Origin: Pasteurellaceae bacterium RH1A
GTDB lineage: Bacteria; Pseudomonadota; Gammaproteobacteria; Enterobacterales; Pasteurellaceae
NCBI GenBank assembly: GCA_012221805.1
Contig: CP015195.1
Location: 762,387-794,386, forward strand
Direction of reading: 5' to 3'
Length of the DNA stretch: 32,000 bases
A model generated the notes under the pieces. The model saw only the letters and a list, made by a program, of their open reading frames with translations, did not search any database and was not told the origin of the DNA. Every line of letters begins with the position of its first letter. Position 1 is the stretch's first letter. A program made the translations under genes and the position numbers. Shown here one piece after another: positions 28,172 to 32,000 of the stretch.

Positions 28172-28594
28172 ATGCCTGATAAGCCCACGATCCAGGTCGC
28201 TGTTGGGATTATTCGCAACGAATTCGGCCAAATTTACCTTGCCCAACGCTTAGAAGGGCAGGATTTTGCTCAAGCCCTTGAATTTCCAGGCGGCAAAGTC
28301 GATGCGGGTGAAAGCCCAGAGGAAGCCCTCAGACGTGAATTAGAAGAGGAAGTGGGCATTCATGTACTCAGTGCCTTTCCTTATGAGCATTTTGTCTTTG
28401 AATACCCAACCAAGCATTTGGAGTTTTTCTTCTACCTGATTGAGGAATGGGTGGGCGAACCCTTTGGCCGTGAGGGGCAGGAAGGATTTTGGATCGAGCA
28501 GGCAGAGCTAGACGCAGGCCTTTTCCCACCTGCCAATGAAGCCCTAGTTAAACGTTTAGTTTTGGAGGCACAAAGTGAGCAAGAACAAGGATAA
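28172..28594 (+). CDS. mutT: 8-oxo-dGTP diphosphatase (Nudix)
   Basis: Nudix box [24 protein letters not shown], MutT-like length of 140 aa, and LEFPGGK context. Confidence 0.8.
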   Translation: MPDKPTIQVAVGIIRNEFGQIYLAQRLEGQDFAQALEFPGGKVDAGESPEEALRRELEEEVGIHVLSAFPYEHFVFEYPTKHLEFFFYLIEEWVGEPFGREGQEGFWIEQAELDAGLFPPANEALVKRLVLEAQSEQEQG

Positions 28595-29123
28595 TTTAAT
28601 TTGGATCGATCTGGAAATGACCGGGCTTGATCCTGAAAAAGAGCGGATCATAGAAATTGCCACCATCGTGACCGACAAGGATCTGAATATCCTGGCCGAA
28701 GGCCCGGTGTTGGCGGTGCATCAATCTGATGAGCTTTTGGCTAAAATGAGTGATTGGTGTGTTAAAACCCACACCGAAAACGGCCTGGTTGAGCGGGTTA
28801 AACAGAGCAAACTGACCGAACGGGCCGCCGAACTTCAAACCATCGACTTTCTCAAGCGCTGGGTGGATAAGGGGGCCTCGCCCATTTGCGGCAACAGCAT
28901 TGCCCAGGATAAGCGGTTTTTGGTCAAATATATGCCTGATCTGGCTGATTATTTTCATTATCGTCACTTGGATGTCAGCACCCTCAAGGAGCTGGCCCGC
29001 CGTTGGAAGCCTGAAATCTTGGACAAGTTTGAGAAAAAAAATACTCATCTGGCCTTGGACGACATCAAGGAATCCATTGCTGAACTCAAGTTTTATCGGG
29101 AACATTTTATTCGCTTAGACTAG
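28575..29123 (+). CDS. orn: Oligoribonuclease
   Basis: (M)[33 protein letters not shown] is colinear with E. coli Orn. The GTG start is preceded by GGAGG and overlaps mutT by 20 nt. Confidence 0.93.
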   Translation: MSKNKDNLIWIDLEMTGLDPEKERIIEIATIVTDKDLNILAEGPVLAVHQSDELLAKMSDWCVKTHTENGLVERVKQSKLTERAAELQTIDFLKRWVDKGASPICGNSIAQDKRFLVKYMPDLADYFHYRHLDVSTLKELARRWKPEILDKFEKKNTHLALDDIKESIAELKFYREHFIRLD

Positions 29124-29152
29124 AGGCTGTTACTCTTAGTATTTGTGAATAA

Positions 29153-29267
29153 AATCCCCCCTCCGCCTTCGGCACCTCCCCCGCAAGCGGGTGGAGGGAA
29201 GAGATCTTTTGCAAACTTCGCTCCCTCCGCTTGCGGGGGGAGCTGCCCAAAGGGCTGAGGGGGGATT
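29153..29267. repeat. Family-3 inverted doublet (REPIN-like, 115 bp)
   Basis: AATCCCCCCTCCGCCTTCGGCACCTCCCCCGCAAGCGGGTGGAGGGA (29153-29199) faces TCCCTCCGCTTGCGGGGGGAGCTGCCCAAAGGGCTGAGGGGGGATT (29222-29267). The arms are imperfect reverse complements, and each has its own hairpin. Confidence 0.7.
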
Positions 29268-29300
29268 ATCAATAACGTTAAAGAAGTCTAAAAACATTAA

Positions 29301-29789
29301 ATGACACAACTCGCCTTTTCCTTTAGCAACGAAGAGCAAATGTTGGCCTTTGGCAGCCAACTGGCCCAGCAGTTTGCCCAATATTTGGCTCAAAACACTG
29401 AAAATTCCCTGGTAATTTACTTAAACGGGGAACTTGGGGCGGGCAAGACCACTCTAAGCCGCAGCATTGTCCGCCAGTTTGGCTACCAGGGCAATGTTAA
29501 AAGCCCAACTTATACCTTGGTGGAAGAATACCAATTGCCAGCTCTGGCCATTTACCATTTCGATCTCTACCGTCTGGCCGATCCTGAAGAGCTGGAATTT
29601 ATGGGCATTCGGGATTATTTCCGCCCCCAAACTCTCTGTTTACTGGAATGGGCCAGCCGAGGCCAGGGTATGATCCCTGAGGCAGATTTGTTGGTGCAAA
29701 TTAATTATCAAGCGCAAGGGCGGGAGCTGGTCTTGCAGGCACAAAGTGCAGCTGGCCAGGCCATTCTTGCAAATTTTAAGGACCTTTAA
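29301..29789 (+). CDS. tsaE: tRNA t6A37 biosynthesis ATPase TsaE (YjeE)
   Basis: [35 protein letters not shown] and [23 protein letters not shown] are nearly identical to E. coli TsaE motifs. Confidence 0.92.
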   Translation: MTQLAFSFSNEEQMLAFGSQLAQQFAQYLAQNTENSLVIYLNGELGAGKTTLSRSIVRQFGYQGNVKSPTYTLVEEYQLPALAIYHFDLYRLADPEELEFMGIRDYFRPQTLCLLEWASRGQGMIPEADLLVQINYQAQGRELVLQAQSAAGQAILANFKDL

Positions 29790-29815
29790 CCCGCTTGTAT
29801 GAAATAGGAAGAAGA

Positions 29816-30937
29816 ATGAATTGGCTTAAAACCCTCTTGATTGGAACATTCGGATGCTTACTGAGCCTGTCGGTGTCGGCTAAGCTGGTGATTGCCATTG
29901 ATCCAGGCCACGGTGGACGTGACCCTGGAGCCATTGGTAAATCATTGAATATTAAGGAAAAAGATGTCACCTTGGCCATTTCAAGAGAGCTTAAGGCCTT
30001 GCTGGACAAGGATCCTAACTTCAAGGCGGTGATGACCCGTTCGGGTGACTATTTCATTCAACTACCCAATCGTACCGAAATTGCCCGTAAGCATCGGGCC
30101 AATTTCTTGGTCTCCATTCATGCCGATTCTTCTCCTGCCTCCAATAACCTGAAAGGGGCTTCTGTCTGGGTCTTGTCCAACCGCCGAGCCAGTGATGAAT
30201 TGGGTAAATGGCTGGAAGATCGGGAGAAGCAGTCTGAACTCTTGGGCGGGGCGGGTTCGGTCTTATCTAATAATAACGAACGCTACCTCAACCAAACCGT
30301 CTTGGATCTCCAATTTTCCCATGCCCAGCGGGTGGGCTATGAGCTGGGCAAGAGCGTCTTGGCCAGCCTAGGTAATGTTGGCGCCATTGCCAAACGCACG
30401 CCTCAACATGCCAGCCTCAGCGTTTTGCGTTCGCCAGATATTCCGTCCATCTTGGTGGAAACCGGCTTTTTATCCAATGCGGATGAAGAACATAAGTTAG
30501 CCACAGCCGCCTACCGTAAAAAGGTGGCCCGGGCCATTTATCAAGGCTTGGTTAATTACCATAAAAAGAACTCCGGCACCCTAGGCACGGGCAGCCCGAA
30601 GGTGGCCGAAGTCAAGCCCAAGGCCACGCCTAAAAAAGATGAGCCAAAACAAGCGGCTGAAAAAACATCAAAATCTGCAAAAACAGCGGATAAGACCAAG
30701 GCCGGTGACAAAACAAGTACCAAAGACAAGCCTAAGGCAAATGAGAAAGCCACCGCAAAAGACAGCAAAAGCGAAAAGGCAAGCCCTGCTAGCAATGCCA
30801 GCCACCATGTTGTGCAGCAGGATGAAACGGTCTATTCCATTGCCAGAATGTATAAGACCACGCCAGATAAGCTTAGCCAGCTCAATAACCTAAAAGACTA
30901 TAAAATTCGCACAGGACAGAAATTAAAAGTCCGTTAA
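29816..30937 (+). CDS. amiB: N-acetylmuramoyl-L-alanine amidase with C-terminal LysM domain
   Basis: A signal peptide is followed by the Amidase_3 motifs [18 protein letters not shown] and [15 protein letters not shown]-rich linker and a LysM domain ([16 protein letters not shown]...) follow. The gene lies downstream of tsaE, as in E. coli. The ATG at 29816 is preceded by AGGAAG. Confidence 0.88.
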   Translation: MNWLKTLLIGTFGCLLSLSVSAKLVIAIDPGHGGRDPGAIGKSLNIKEKDVTLAISRELKALLDKDPNFKAVMTRSGDYFIQLPNRTEIARKHRANFLVSIHADSSPASNNLKGASVWVLSNRRASDELGKWLEDREKQSELLGGAGSVLSNNNERYLNQTVLDLQFSHAQRVGYELGKSVLASLGNVGAIAKRTPQHASLSVLRSPDIPSILVETGFLSNADEEHKLATAAYRKKVARAIYQGLVNYHKKNSGTLGTGSPKVAEVKPKATPKKDEPKQAAEKTSKSAKTADKTKAGDKTSTKDKPKANEKATAKDSKSEKASPASNASHHVVQQDETVYSIARMYKTTPDKLSQLNNLKDYKIRTGQKLKVR

Positions 30938-30947
30938 TGGTCAGGTC

Positions 30948-30981
30948 AAAACTGTGGTATCATAGCCACAGTTTTTCATCT
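30948..30981 (+). terminator. Rho-independent terminator-like hairpin after amiB
   Basis: AAAACTGTGG (30948-30957) pairs with CCACAGTTTT (30966-30975) around an 8-nt loop, followed by TCATCTTT. Confidence 0.6.
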
Positions 30982-30993
30982 TTATAAAACAGT

Positions 30994-31608
30994 ATGAATA
31001 TTCGATTAACTCTTATTTTACTGCTGATTGTCGCAAGCCTTGGGGGCTGGTATATCAGCCTGCAAAGCAATGACGATACAGGCCTTGAGAACCTGATCAA
31101 GAAAGAGGGCATGCCTGAATATGTGGGCGATAAGATGACCACCTCGGTTTATGATCTTAACGGCAAGCCCCAATATTTTGCTGAAGCCGAAGAAATTAAG
31201 CGTTTTGAAACTACCGAGCGCACCGAGTTTTTAAAACCTCTCTTAAACCTCTTTGATGCCCAAACTGCCCTTAAAGAATGGCAACTAACCGCAGACAAGG
31301 CAGAAATTACCAAGGAAAAATTGCTGCATTTGCAGGGCAATGTAAAATTGCAGGCCCTGACCCCAACCTCCCGCCTGCAAAAAATTGAAACCGATCACCT
31401 AACCGTTGATTTAAACAGCCACGATGTTTATACCGACAGTGTGGTCAAATCCGAGGGAATGGGCTTTACTACCACAGGGACAGGCCTTACAGGCAACCTT
31501 AAACAGCAGGTCGCCACCCTACAAAAAGACGTCAAAACCTTTATTGAACCGACTAAGATTAAACAAGACGACCAGGCAGCAGATGCCCCAACGCCAACTG
31601 ATAAATAA
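30994..31608 (+). CDS. lptC: LPS export system protein LptC
   Basis: 204 aa with an N-terminal transmembrane anchor (LTLILLLIVASLGGWY). Size and position immediately upstream of lptA fit LptC. Sequence similarity to LptC is weak, as is usual for this family. Confidence 0.7.
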   Translation: MNIRLTLILLLIVASLGGWYISLQSNDDTGLENLIKKEGMPEYVGDKMTTSVYDLNGKPQYFAEAEEIKRFETTERTEFLKPLLNLFDAQTALKEWQLTADKAEITKEKLLHLQGNVKLQALTPTSRLQKIETDHLTVDLNSHDVYTDSVVKSEGMGFTTTGTGLTGNLKQQVATLQKDVKTFIEPTKIKQDDQAADAPTPTDK

Positions 31609-31614
31609 GGACAC

Positions 31615-32000
31615 ATGATGAAATTTGCAATTCGCAGCCTTTTTTTGACCGCTTTACTGACCACCAGCCTTTCAGCCCATGCCCTTAAGGGCGATACAGA
31701 TCAGCCTATTAACATTGACTCCGGCAGCCAGTCCCTGGATATGGAAAATAATGTTGTCACCTTTAGCGATAACGTGGTGATTACCCAAGGCTCCATTAAG
31801 ATCAATGCCGCTAAAGTGACTATTACCCGTCAAGAAGGCAAGAAAGAAACCATTGATGCAACAGGTTCGCCAGTGACCTTTCAGCAAACCTTGGATAATG
31901 GCAAGCCAGTAAATGGCAAGGGTAATAGCGTGAATTATGATCTGAACAACGAATTTTTGACCCTAACGGGCAATGCCGAACTCAAGCAGTTAGACAGCTT
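31615..32000 (+). CDS. lptA: LPS export periplasmic protein LptA, 3' end outside the window
   Basis: My own translation is MMKFAIRSLFLTALLTTSLSAHALKGDTDQPINIDSGSQSLDMENNVVTFSDNVVITQGSIKINAAKVTITR... The GDTDQPI..QSLDM..N.V.F.GNV...QG.I.I.A.KV pattern matches E. coli LptA. The frame is open to the window edge. Confidence 0.9.
   Translation, partial: MMKFAIRSLFLTALLTTSLSAHALKGDTDQPINIDSGSQSLDMENNVVTFSDNVVITQGSIKINAAKVTITRQEGKKETIDATGSPVTFQQTLDNGKPVNGKGNSVNYDLNNEFLTLTGNAELKQLDS

Noticed and set aside
29136-29393. 85-aa ORF on the - strand between orn and tsaE
   Set aside because: It is translated straight through the family-3 G/C-run inverted repeat, giving R/G/P-rich low-complexity sequence, and it overlaps the tsaE start. 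It is a repeat artefact.
30560-30790. K/A/T/E/P-rich low-complexity stretch in amiB as a possible repeat array or separate gene
   Set aside because: It is in frame and continuous between the amidase and LysM domains, so it is a typical flexible linker. The antisense ORF at 30556-30795 is a shadow of it.

Overview
This window looks like a conserved core-chromosome segment of a Pasteurellaceae-type gammaproteobacterium. The assignment rests on gene content, synteny and 15 copies of the uptake-signal core ACAAGCGG; all protein calls are from remembered homologues, with no searches run.

I recognise 34 protein-coding genes and list them in map order:
- a yagU-like gene (5' end outside the window) and a DUF711 gene
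- metK
- an OpgE/YbiP-like phosphoethanolamine transferase, kdsD and kdsA
- uvrD, dld, recD, tusE and yccA
- ccmD, ccmC and ccmB
- a Gfo/Idh/MocA oxidoreductase and a MATE (NorM-like) exporter
- rpsF-priB-rpsR-rplI
- nqrABCDEF, apbE, nqrM, mutT and orn
- tsaE, amiB, lptC and lptA (3' end outside the window)

I found no rRNA, tRNA, CRISPR array, transposase, integrase, prophage, toxin-antitoxin or recognisable defence gene. I do not see a novel multi-gene system and will not invent one.

What the gene map does not explain is mostly non-coding:
1. At least three families of hairpin-forming intergenic repeats occur as inverted doublets (REPIN- or MITE-like). One family shows compensatory stem substitutions.
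2. A 168-bp imperfect palindrome with 22-bp terminal inverted repeats sits upstream of nqrA.
3. The nqrF-apbE spacer is 352 bp long and filled with nested palindromes.
4. The uptake-signal sequence has a dialect in which the ninth base is mostly G rather than the canonical T.
5. ccmB, ccmC and ccmD appear intact but lack an adjacent ccmA and ccmE-H.

I also report candidate MetJ, LexA and CRP operators and several tight gene couplings or overlaps.
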